A stretch of 64,000 nt of DNA, from assembly GCA_013265495.1 (NCBI GenBank), contig MU058423.1, forward strand, positions 5,990,939-6,054,938, written 5' to 3'. The notes beneath the pieces were generated by a model. That model saw only the letters and a program-made list of their open reading frames with translations, was not told the DNA's origin and ran no database searches. How positions within the stretch are numbered: the stretch's first letter is position 1; each line of letters begins with the position of its first letter. Origin of the DNA: Vicugna vicugna (taxonomy: Eukaryota). Below are positions 25,481 to 37,583 of the stretch, piece by piece. Made by a program: the position numbers and the translations under genes.

Positions 25481-26396
25481 GGTCCATATATCAGGATAGG
25501 AAGATGTTTCAATTTTCACTTAATTCTAAAATTAATTTAGAATTATGGAGATACATCAAATTGTGTAGGTAAAAGTAATGACTAATTACATATCTGTCAC
25601 TAGCAAAAAAAAAAAAAGGTATGTAATTTCGAGCATTCCTTCCAAAATATTAAGTGAAAAATTGATATAAAGAGATTATTCAAAGAAAATAGAAAATTAT
25701 ATAAATCCACCATCATTTGCTTTAAGGCAGAGAATTTTTAAAAACTTAAATTACAGTGTGTTTATGAATTATGAATAGACAATGTCCTACTTTTTGAAAG
25801 CTAAAACTTATTTTCTTGTCAAAGTCAATAATAAATATATCAAACGTCATGAATCATACAAGGGAGGATGCTTACATTTTTTTAGAGTCACAGCAATCAG
25901 ATAAACATCCTAAGGTGACAGTGTTTAAGTAAAATAAACTTTATATAGTGCTCTACTACAAACTTTTAAACATTACTACACTTGTTTTGGATTTTTATTT
26001 TAATTTATATTACATGCTTAATACAGCCTGAGTATGAGAAAGTTTAAAATAGCATTTTAAAACCTAATGGTAGAAAGAATAAAATTACCATTAATATATT
26101 TTCTAATCATGTAGGTTGAATAATTTAGGATATAATAATGGACAAACCTGTACATACCAAGTAAAATGAAGAGTCTTTCTTCACCTTTAGGGGAATCTTT
26201 CTTTTATTTATTTCCTAATTGCTTTTTTCATAATCTTTTCCTAGGAATTCCATTAGAGGGATTTCAGAACCTCTGGATGATTTCTTCATTTATTTTAACT
26301 TTCCTTTTACAATTTCCCTATCTCCATCAATTTGGCATTTGCTAATGGAAATTGCTGTGCCCTGATGTAAAGTCACTCTAATTATTATAAACAAAT

Positions 26397-26946
26397 GCTC
26401 CAGTTATTATGGCTGCATAACAGATTGCCTCACAACTCAGTGTCATAAAGCAATGATTTATTATGCTTATGGATTTTATGGGTCAGGATTTTGAACAGGT
26501 CATGACAGGAATAGTTTGTCTCTGCTCTGTGATTTGTGGAACCTCAAACTGGAAGATTCAAAGGCTGAGGGAAGGAATTATCTGAAGCTTTGCCTGTTCA
26601 CATGTTTGGAGGATGACGCTCTTGGGAGGCTAACGTTAGTTGGGGCTGTTGAACAAGTTCTCCTAAACTTGGCAACGCCATATTGCCTGGGCTTCTTCAC
26701 TGCAGGATGGCTGGACCGCAGGGTAAATATCCTAAGAGAAAGAATCAGGTGAAACCATATCTTTCACCTATGCTCAAAAGTCACACAGTATCACTTCCAA
26801 CATCCTATTTATAGAGGCAATAATGAAATCCCACTGAGTTCAAGGACAGAGGGGGAAAAAATCTATCCCTTGATGAGACTAGTAACATTCTGGAGAGAAT
26901 CCAGAAATATAGCCAGGGACAGTTTTGCAAAATGCAATTTGCCACA
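26397..26946 (-). mobile_element. MaLR LTR (MLT1H-like)
   Basis: cagttattatggctgcataacag...tgggtcaggattttgaacagg...aagtcacacagtatcacttcc...aaaatgcaatttgccaca. Confidence 0.8.
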
Positions 26947-27254
26947 AATAATCTATTTTTATGAACTTATTGTCAAAGAGGACAATTAAGGTAGATGGAG
27001 AGGATGAGAGGTAATTAATTTGAGAGACAATAAGAACAATTTTATTCTAGTCAGGATGATCCAGTGTTAGAAAAACTGATGACAGCAGAGAGAGGGAATG
27101 CACGAAAGAATGAAGTTCTCAGTAGGCTCTGACCCAGAACCAACAGTGGAGATGGCCTTTGAGAGGGCCACCTCTTCCATTCCTCGCTGTAATGGTTAGA
27201 AACAGAGACTTTAGTTTTAGTTATAGATAGGCATTATTTATTCAACAAAAACTA

Positions 27255-27480
27255 AATTGGTTTATTATATGTAAGGCTTTTAATTAGTATACATATGTTA
27301 ACTGAGTCCTCATTACAACCCTACAAAGTATTATCCCTGTACTGTTCATGGGTAAGGAAACTGAGGCTCAGAAAAGAAGCACATTCTGCTTAAGGTTGCA
27401 CAGCTGATGACTGGGAGGTGGGAATCAAAGCCCATCAGATGGGCTCCTTAAAACATGCTGTGAAGCCCTCAGCTAAACTG
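27255..27480 (-). mobile_element. MIR
   Basis: Core motif aaggaaactgaggctcagaaa...aaggttgcacagctg. Confidence 0.75.
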
Positions 27481-28099
27481 CTTCATTTGGCAGATTTAAC
27501 TGAAGAAAGGTAAGTGAGTTTCCAAAAGACTATCTCTGTTTTTTCAATAATAAAAAAAAGAGGTTGTAACCCAAGAGCATCTTGAACACACTGCCTTAAA
27601 GAGCAGATGTTACCTAACATTTACTGAAGGAAATCTTATAAGCAGAAACATGTTAGAGTGCACTCAATCCGCACACCTTTTATTATTCCACAGCCTAGGC
27701 TGTGCAAAGAAGTCCCATACACAGACAGGCCAAGGGTCCAGCAGAGAGGATCCTGGGTGGGCTGCAGGTGGAGCTGGCCAGAGTGTACTCCAAGAGGCTG
27801 AGCAAACCTGCCCTGCACTGTGTTACACACTTACAGGTTAGTCTAAGCTGGGCTACAGAATTTCTATTTCTTTAAGTAACAAAAAAAAAAAATTTCAGGG
27901 TAGCCTGAAGAATACTGGAGAGTGTGCACACTCAGGTCCAAGTTCTGCACACTGAGGACTGTGGTTAAAGCCTGGCCTGCCAAGGGTGCTGACATCAGCC
28001 AAAGGCCCTCTTTGCTGCCCAGCAGAAGGCACTCTGCATTGAACTCCCAAAAGGGGAAGGAAATGATCTTCCACATTATCTGGATTTGTCTATCAACAA

Positions 28100-28470
28100 A
28101 GATGATACTATCATTAGAAAACAGAAGTGATATTATTTTGAGAAGTGGTTTTGGGTATGGCAAATGTGAAAACAAATTTACTAGGGAAATTCAGTGGTAA
28201 ATTTACTTTTGTTCAATGCCATATACGGCTGGTGGTCACAAGTCTGAAGAGACCATGTAACATTGTTTTCAGACGTTTTCAGGTAATACAGCTTTTTGAA
28301 AGCAGATTGCTGAGCTTAACCAAAGTTAGGGCTTTGTCAATTTGATATGATTAATGAGCAAGTGTCAAAAGTATTAATGATGTTTGTAAGGGAGTATGCC
28401 AACATAGGATCTAATATTTGTAGGCAAGGAAGAGAAAATATGATGCGAGTGATGAATAGCGAAAGAGTAG
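28100..28470 (-). mobile_element. L2 fragment
   Basis: Degenerate L2-like purine-rich sequence, continuing the L2 debris at 26990-27550. Confidence 0.4.
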
Positions 28471-28859
28471 TAACTCTTAGTAGTAACTAAGTTTAGTTTA
28501 GTGTTACTAGTTTACTGAGAATCCATTTTGGCATCTTTTTATTCCCCTAAAACTTTACAAAGCTTAATTTTAAATTATTACTTGATTATTTTCCCTGAAA
28601 TCTCTTCAGAATTATATTCAAAGACTTTAAAGTTATTTGACGTTTTTGAACACTAAATCCTAGTGAGTTTGCTATTACTAGTGGCCATAATGGTAATACT
28701 GTTCCTAAAATCTAACTCCTCGGATTTTTTTTTTTTTTTTAGTTTTAAGATCATGATACATTTTAAAGAAAATAGCATGGTGAATGTATAGGAGAAGCAT
28801 GGAAATGTCTGAATACTTGCAGGTAGTGCTCAGGTATCTTTCTAATTTTTTGTCTTATT

Positions 28860-29765
28860 TATAGTTGATCTTATTTCTAGTTTTCTCTTTAACTTCAGTG
28901 AGAATGATCATGCTGCATATTGCTGACTGACATCTAGGCTCTTCTCCTGGATAACTCATGGGATAAAGAGATCAGTAGAAGAAAAAAAGGCATAACCTCT
29001 CTCTACAATTCCCCAATGGCCTAATGTTGGAAAAGGAAATTTGTTGGATGCTGAATATTTCTGGTTCCCTTTGGTGTACAAACAGTGGACACAAGGTAGT
29101 GGGTATTTTTTGATTGGTCCCACATAAACATTAGAACAGCAGGAGGTCCCCAGTGGTCTGGGCCTAAAAGTTTCCTGCCCCTTCTCCAAGAGAAGAGGGT
29201 GTTTATTTTTCTTTTCTTCAAGATGCAATTGGTCTTTACCTGTGCTTTTGGGCAAAACATTTGTTGCCTTTCCGTTTACTAATAATTTAGTATTTTTGTT
29301 CTTCAGTGGTGAAGGTACCAGATAGAGTAACAGTGGTCCCTCCATGCATTCAGCCTTGCATCACCAAGGAAAGCATTATCTTGTACACTGCCTTGTCCCA
29401 GTCTTTGTGAAGACCTAGTGTGTTCTATAGAAAAGAGCCTGTGAGTGTGTGCAAGCTCCCCTTCTGTCCTCAGCATTTTGAGATTCTATATCCTCATGCT
29501 ATTCCACACTTGGTCTTTAGTAATTGGCTAAAAACAATAGCTGAACTCTTTCTATCTACTTGTCTGGAGACCTTTTTCTTATTGCCACAGACTGACTAAT
29601 GCTCATATCCCATTCCTCCTTTGAAACTATTTTCTTTCTTTCAATTCTAATCTAATTGGTTGTTCTGTGACTCTTGATCCCTGGAATCATGATGTAGTAT
29701 ATTATCTGACTTGTTCTTATTGTTAAAATAAATATGGCACTTTTATCCCAGGAAATTGAAAGCCT
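28860..29765 (-). mobile_element. Ancient L1 5' UTR (L1MC/L1MD-like)
   Basis: gtttcctgccccttctcc, gggtgtttatttttc, terminal gacttgttcttattgtt...ggaaattgaaag resemble antisense L1M 5' UTRs. Confidence 0.6.
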
Positions 29766-29877
29766 TGCACCATTTGATCTTAATCCATTAAAAGATACAA
29801 ACTGGTGGCCAGAGAGGAGTTTTAATTAACAAAATTCCAAAGCTTTTGACTTATTTTCATTGAGTCAAAAATTCCTT

Positions 29878-30015
29878 AGTGGTAACCTATAATGAAAATG
29901 AATATATGTATGTTCACGTATGACTGAATTACTATGCATTACACCAGAAACGGATGCAACATCATAAACTGACTATACTTCAATAAGAAGAAAGAAAATA
30001 GATATGAATATACTA
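29878..30015 (+). mobile_element. Very short 5'-truncated lineage-specific L1 3' end with TSD
   Basis: gtaacctataatgaaaatgaatatatgtatg...acaccagaaac...aactgactatacttcaat. Perfect 11-bp TSD AAAAATTCCTT (29867-29877 / 30016-30026). Confidence 0.9.
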
Positions 30016-30889
30016 AAAAATTCCTTTATCAGTATTTCAAAGAAAACTCCATGATACGCTCTTGGGTAGCTTTTGAGGAAGAGCTTTGCTATTTGGTTAT
30101 ATAGATTTAAAGTAATAGCTCATTTTAAGATATAAAATTTTTCCTAAATAGAGAGTAGGAGTGATCAGAAAAAATTTACATGACAGGGTCTGGCATTTTC
30201 TCAAAAAAGCTTATGTTCCACTTTTGGATATTTTAACTCATTCAATCTTCAAAAAATTTATGACATAAAATCAAGGAAGGTGAACTTTAAGTAACTACTC
30301 AGGGACATCAGACGAGTCACTGGCCAGGCCAATATTCAAACCAGGAAGTCTGGATCCAGAAGTTATATTCTTAGTCTCTATTCCAGCTACTCCCAAAGAT
30401 AGGTTATTAAACAAAATAAATAAGTATTCTTAATGATTTTTTGCTTAGTCAGAACCTATAATACAAGCTCTGAACAAAACATCATCCAAAGAAACCAATC
30501 AAAGGTCGTTTAACAATAAGGCTAATAGGTAAATATTTTAACATTGGGAGCTTAGAATTATACTCTAAATTGAATTTTAAAATTATTTAAATACAAATTA
30601 TTTTATTGGCTATAGAAACCTTTTCTTTTCTATTAATAGAGTATTGAGTAATATATGAATTTATATTTCTTAAGTAAAGTATAATCTGGTTTTATGTAAG
30701 CCTGTAGAAATAGAATGTTTTGTAAAATATGACAAAAGACTAAATCAAATGGGTACATTCTGACATAGTCTATCAGAACTAGGAAATGTCTTCCTTTACA
30801 CTGCTGATAAAGGGAGATGATAATCTCTATAATGGCTCAGAGACACACTCAAAAAATGTATTTCTTGAAAATATATACTTGTTAAGCAC

Positions 30890-31085
30890 ATATTATTTAG
30901 CAGGAAATATGATAGTTTTTTTGATGCTTATTATCTCATTTAAATACTCAGATCTTCCCTAAGAAATCGGTACCAATTTCTTTGTCTTATAGATGAAGAA
31001 ACTGATTTCCTTGGAGGTTAAAATCATTTGGGAAAAATTACACTGAGATCATCCCCTCTGAATTTAAATCTAGTTGTTTAACTCA
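30890..31085 (-). mobile_element. MIR
   Basis: ttatctcatttaa...tatagatgaagaaactga...gaggttaa. Confidence 0.6.
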
Positions 31086-31598
31086 TTTAATAAACATACT
31101 TCAGACTTGAGAAAAGCACATGTTTATCTGTGTTAACAAACATCCTGAATGTTAACAGACACTGCTTGAGGGCTAAAAGAAATAATTATGGTCTCAAAGG
31201 CCAGCAGGTAATGGCTCTGAAAACAAATGTGTAAGCTCATTTGGTCTTTATTAATAATGTATCCCTGTTGTCAAAGTCTGTGCAGGAAATTCTGGAATTA
31301 CATTCTTTCATTTTAATGACAGAGTGACTGGGAAGAATAGGATTGTAGTAAACATATGGATATACAAAATACTAAATTGTTTACTAAATATACCCATAGT
31401 AATGGTCAGTGATAACTGGGTTGGTGCTGTTTAGTGATAATAAATTATGTAGATAGAACTAAATAAAAAAGAATGGCAAATGTACATAGCATTTTGGGGA
31501 TCAAAATTCAAAGATCTCAGTTAAAGGTCTAAATCAGCTATATACACCCACTGCAGGAAGCTTCTGGCATTATGTAGAGTTTTTGTAGGTTCTCCAAA

Positions 31599-31676
31599 TA
31601 TATTTATATTTATATTTATATTTATATTTATATTTATATTTATATCTATACATATAGATAGATAGATATAGATATA
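31599..31676. repeat. (TATATT)n microsatellite followed by TAGA-like repeats
   Basis: Directly visible. Confidence 0.95.
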
Positions 31677-33679
31677 CATCTCCTCAAGTCATTTAACATG
31701 TGTTTAAATATTATACATCTTTGAGAGACAGGAATCATATAATTGGATTGACTCAGTCAAGGTTTCCTTTTTTAATTAAAAATATTTTTCGCTTGCTATT
31801 TTTAGTATACAACCATGGGGAAGAAATTAGAGTTTTGGCTATTTCCTGCTCTAAGTATATGAGTGTGGATTCTCATACATTTCTCAATCACCTAGATAAT
31901 ATTTTGGAAAAAAAATAGAATCATTTTCCTGTTAAATTTCTCCCAAGTTTAGCTCTTTTGTGGCCAGTTTGTTCTGTGAGCCTACCTGCAGTAACTTAGG
32001 CTAAAATATAAACACAAAAAAGTAGGGTTCAAAGAATAATTGTTCATTGCAGAGCAAACTGGGAAAGATTTCTGTTTTTCAAGAGGCTGTTTAACAGACA
32101 ATTGCTTTATTGTGGGCTTGAATGTGATATTCCTTACAAACACAAACATTTCAAGTCAGAATTAGACAGTAAATCTGCAAATTTACTTGGAGTTATTAAT
32201 GTACTGTTACTGACTCTGGCAGAGTTTAGGAAGATTTATTTTTCTTGATGTCTTTGCTCTTACGTCCTCAGGTCCTTCATAGCCTGCCTTGGGATAGTGT
32301 TCTAATTTTTCCAGTAAAATTTAGTCTCTTCTGATTAATTTGGTCTGCTATTCTTCTTTCTCCCCATATGCTCATATTTCTTTTTAATCTTTTGTCATTA
32401 AGGGAATACTCCTTCTATTAACTGAGTTAGATAATGGGTTAAACACATTATTACTAGAAAGATTAAAAAGTACACCACAGGGCAACTAATTGCTTCTTAG
32501 GAAAAAGAGAAGAAAATGTAAAATTATAAGAGAATAAAAGCTACATCTTCAGTGCAGCTCAGAAGAGCACGTTTTATTTATGACACAGGCACTCATCCTT
32601 TGCCTCTGCATAAGCATTTGACGTGATCCTTTTGCACTCACTCTGGAGGGGAAGGACGTGACTTATTGAGGTGAGAGGATTCAACTTTCCAAATTAGATG
32701 CCAGGCTGAAATTAGACATCCAGTTTGCTCAGTACAGCAACTCTGGTATATTTCCTCTTGAAAGCAAGGGTTGTTTAAACTTCCCTGTTTTGATGTTTGC
32801 AACAGTACTAAATTCAAAATAAGACCACAGAGATGTTTGCCTGACAAAGGAACAAGACTAAGGATCACATTCACCTCTGCAAGCAACCTACTGAGGGGCT
32901 TACTCTGAGTTTTGAACGGAGCTGTGTGCCTCTGCTTCTTGTAGAATGACCTTCATGCCAGAATTTCAGGGGTGTTGAGAGCATCAGTCTGTTACTATAA
33001 TCATTAAATTCTTTCTCTGGAGTGCACTTCATATGAAGGATATTCAAGTGTAGGACAGACTCTCTATTCCTAATGACTTTGAAGTTGCAGCTTTATATTT
33101 TCAGATAAGATAAAATAGAGACAAGGAGAAGTAAACAACAGTTTACTATGCGGAAAGGGTCTAACTTTGCTCAAGGCTATTTTCCTCTAAGAGGAATGTA
33201 TCAGAAGACCACAAATCTATAATATATACCATGGTGTGGGACTAATCTGTTATGTTTTAAAAATATGCATCCGCTAAAATCATTTGACCTTGATGGGATC
33301 TAAAGAATTTCACATCCTATAAAGAGGGGAAAATGAAATCTAATTGGCCACTCACCCTATTACTCACATAATATTACTCACTTCAGAAGGCACTATGAAT
33401 CCCTGTTGCCCAGAGCATAAAGCCTAAATTTCTCAATGCTTTGCATGAATTGCAATCAAATTTGTTTTCAGGGCTTTTCCCCCCATCATTTTCTTACACA
33501 GATCCTCTGCTCTGGGCAATCTGCTTAGAGATGTCACCCATCATATCCACCTCCAGCTCACCCACCACTCTACCCACACCCGTCTCCTTCCTTGTCCTCT
33601 ATATCTCTCCCTCACTAAACCTACTCCACTTTAATCTCTTTAAACGCACACACTTTTAAGGTTTCTCTCATGTAATAAG

Positions 33680-34140
33680 GGCAACAATAGCCAACGATTG
33701 TATAAAATAATTATTTATGGCTATTAAATGTTGTATATACATCACTTCTTATGATACTCAAAATAACCCTAAGCGTTAGATATGATTATTTCCCCACTAG
33801 ATTATAAACTCCTTATCTATTATCCACGAGTGCACAATAAATATTGAAAGAATAAATTCCACTTTACGTATAAGAAAACATATGTTCAATGAGACTGATA
33901 AATTTGGCAAAACACACAAACAGCTTGAATGAGGTCCGTGTGACCATAGGGAATGTGATGCTAGGGAAAATTTTTTAGCAAGAAACACTCTTCACACATT
34001 ATTTCACTTTATTCTAAAATATCTCTGAAAATGGGAATTATTGTCTTCATTTTATAGGTAAAGATACCAGATTCGAAAAGCTTCTAACTAGTGATAGAAT
34101 CAAGATTTGCATGCAGTGCAATCTGATTCTAAAACCCATT
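33680..34140 (-). mobile_element. Cluster of MIR fragments
   Basis: Repeated MIR-core motifs (attatttcccc; aagaaaacatatgttcaatgagactg; ttttataggtaaagatacc...ctagtgatagaatcaagatttg). Confidence 0.5.
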
Positions 34141-35440
34141 ATATTGACATTGATGTTTTACATATCACAATATAAAATAAATAAATAAAATATCTAATGG
34201 TACTTAAACTAGTCACTAAAATTCTACCATCTTATCTCTGGGTGTTGATTCTACCTTAGCATCCTGAGCAGAAGTTTGGACAATCAGAGACATATTGAGA
34301 TGATACGATACATTGACTGCAAAATACGTCATCAATCTGCTGCTTGGTGTGTCTTAGTGATTGAATCAAATCAACTCAAGAACTGATCACATTGATAATG
34401 CTAAAAGGAATTATTATGACAGAGGAATAATATTAAATAGCAAAAAATCAATTTGGCTGAAGCTCAGAGATACAATTTTGGTCTTTTCCAATAATATTTT
34501 GTGTACATTTTCCTTGCATTATGTATGTTTTATGAAAATTATCTTTCTTATTGTATCATTGGAATGAAAGACATTTCTTTCTGTTGCCATGGTGCAAATT
34601 TCCTTAGTGAGTGATTAGGTTGATTTGCTGGTTATATTCCTTCGCTAAGTGATGGCAAATGGTAAATTAGGATCAGTAAGGAAATGACAGTAAAATACAT
34701 TGTATCTTATTCTATAGCTGAGATAATCAAGAACATATTGTTGAGAAAACAACTAAATCATAATGTTTGGAGAAGAAATATCTTTTAGCAGTCTTAGCAT
34801 TGACACTTTTGTCAACTAGTTTGTCATCTGTAAAATTAAAGTCTCTGAATAATAACAGATGGCACTGGCAAAATCTGTTCCATTATCAATAATATAATTT
34901 CTGCAAATGGCCAATATAAGAGTTCATAGACCTAAATAACTCCATTTTTTAGAAACTGCTGGCCCCATATTATTAAATACATATTTGATAACTGTGTGTT
35001 AGCTGGCATTCTGTCAACTGGAAAACTCAGTTAGTTGGCAAGAATGTATTGCTGTAATGCATCATAAAATAGTTTACAATGATGAATCCAGTGCATTGGA
35101 AGCAGTTATAATGCATTCTGACAAAATTGAAATAAAAAAATTGAATTTGTATTTTGTAAAAGCTGAACAGTTAAATTATTTTCCCTGTGCTCATATTCTG
35201 TGAAATTGGAATCTTAATTTCTCCTAATAGTAATCGTTCCTCAAATATCATAGCCCACCATGAAAGTTAGCACTTGCTTGAGCATCTGCCCTCCTAAATC
35301 TTCAGTGTATCCACTGCAAATTAAAAAATCCCCCGTATGTCTCTATAACCTCTGTTCTTCCTTCTTATTAAAGCTATAAATTTAGTTAAACTAATACTTT
35401 AAAATCTTGGGGCCTAAATCATTACTGGTAAGCATTCTTT

Positions 35441-35492
<52 letters not shown>
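35441..35492. repeat. (TCTA)13 microsatellite
   Basis: Directly visible. Confidence 0.98.
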
Positions 35493-35493
<1 letters not shown>

Positions 35494-36260
35494 AGATGTA
35501 GATATATTTACATTCTTTTTTTCATACCACCTTCTACAAGCCCCTTTAACTCGTGAGACTCGAAGAGCTGAAAATTCAATTGTGATCTCTGGGTCCCTCA
35601 AAAGACTCAGAATCACAGCATTCTGAGGTTTCTCCAATTATCAGAATACTTGAGTTGCCCAGTTCAGAATTTTCATCTTGTTGACCTAAACCTTTCAAGG
35701 ACACTGGTATTCTGTCCACTCTTATATGTCTTCTTAATATTGACAGAGATCTCAATTTGACCCAAGTCAACCTATTGAAAAGGACCTTCCTTCTTAGTTT
35801 AATTATTTTACTCTCATGCTTGGACAATTATGATTAGCTCCTCCCTAATTTTACAGTCTCTAGCTTGTATTCCTTCATAAGTAATTTACATATGGATCTG
35901 ATTATGTCAATTCTTTGATTTCCTTTATACTTCAGAATCTTCTTCTGGTATAGTCCTTATTGTACTATCTACGTCCAGTAACTTGAAATTAGAATTGTTA
36001 TTTTATCTTTCTATCTCCTGCCAAAGCGTGATAAATCATACAGTTCATGATCTGTAATTACTTATTGAAATTGATATACAGTTAAAGGAAGAGTGGATAC
36101 CTATAAAACTGCTACTATTTTTACTTTAGCAAGTTGATGAATCATGGTGACATTTTCTGAGTCAGGAGAAATTAAGAAATGAACTTTTTTTTTTTGAGAG
36201 GAAATCTAGAATTCTGCTATGTTCATGGTAATATGAGCTGCCTATTAACATACAAGTGGA

Positions 36261-37583
36261 TTGTTCGTTTCTGTGTTATTAAGTTGTATGAGCTGTTTCT
36301 ATATTCTGGAAATTAAGCGCTTGTCTGTTCCATCATTTGCAAATATTTTCTCCCATCCTGTATATTGGCTTTTTGTTTTGCTTATGGTTTCCTTTGCTGT
36401 GTAAAATCTTATTAGTTTAATTAGGTCTCATGTGCTTATTTTTGCTTTTCTTTCTATTGTCTGGGTAGACTGCCCTAGGAGAACATTGCTAAGATTTATG
36501 TCAGAAAAAGTTTTGCCTATGTTTTATTCTAAGAGGCTTATTCTAGTGTCTTGTCTCATGTTTAAGTCTTTAAGCCATTTTGAGTTTATTTTTGTGTATG
36601 GTGTAAAGGAGTGTTCTAACTTCATTGATTTACATGCTGCTGACCAGTTTTCCCAATGCCACTTGCCAAGAGACTGTCTTTTCTCCATTATACATTCTTG
36701 CCTCCTTTGGTGAAGACTAATTTACATTTAAGTTCAAGGTTTATGTCTAGTCCATTTATCCATGTGTATTATTTTTGTGTGTGCCAATAGCACGCTGTTT
36801 TGATTACTGTAGCTCTATAGTATTATCTGAAATGTGGGAGGATTATTCCTCTAGCTTCATTCTTTGTCTTCAGTATTGCTTTGGCAGTATGGATTCCTCA
36901 GAAAACTAAAAATAGACGTACCCTATGATCCAGCAATCCCACTCCTGGGCATATATCTGGAGGAAGCTCTAATTTGAAAAAATACATGCACTTCAATCTT
37001 CATAGCAGCACTATTTACAATAGCCAAGAAATAGAAATAACCTGGATGTCCATCAACAGATGACTAGGTAAAGAAGTTGTGGCATGTTTATACAATGAAA
37101 TACTACTCAGCCATAAAAAGGAATAAAATAATGCCATTTGCAGCAACATGGATGGACCTGGAGATCGTCATTCTAAGTGAAGTAAGCCAGGAAGAGAAAG
37201 AAAAATACCATATGATATCACTCATATGTGGAATCTTAAAAAAGAAGACACAAATGAACTTATTTACAAAATAGTAACAGACTCACAGACACAGAAAACA
37301 AACTTGTGGTTACTAGGGAGGGAAAGGGGTTGGAAGGAGTAAACTGGGAGTTCGAGATTTGCAGGTACTACTATGTATAAAATAGAAAAACAAGTTTCTT
37401 CTGTACAGCACAGGAAGCTGTATTCAATATCTTGTAGTAGCCTACAATAAAAAAGAATATGAAGACAAATATATGTATACATATTTATGAATGAAACATT
37501 ATGCTGTACACCAGAAATTGATACAACATTGTAAACTGACTATAGTTCAGTTAGAACAAAAACAAAAACAAAAACAAAACAAA
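36261..37583 (+). mobile_element. 5'-inverted (twin-primed) L1 insertion with TSD
   Basis: 36261-36886 is antisense ORF2. 36885-37583 is sense ORF2 end (WHVYTMKYYSAIKRNKIMPFAATWMDLE), 3' UTR and (AAAAC)n tail. TSD AACATACAAGTGGA (36247-36260) / AACATACAAGGGGA (37584-37597). Confidence 0.95.
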
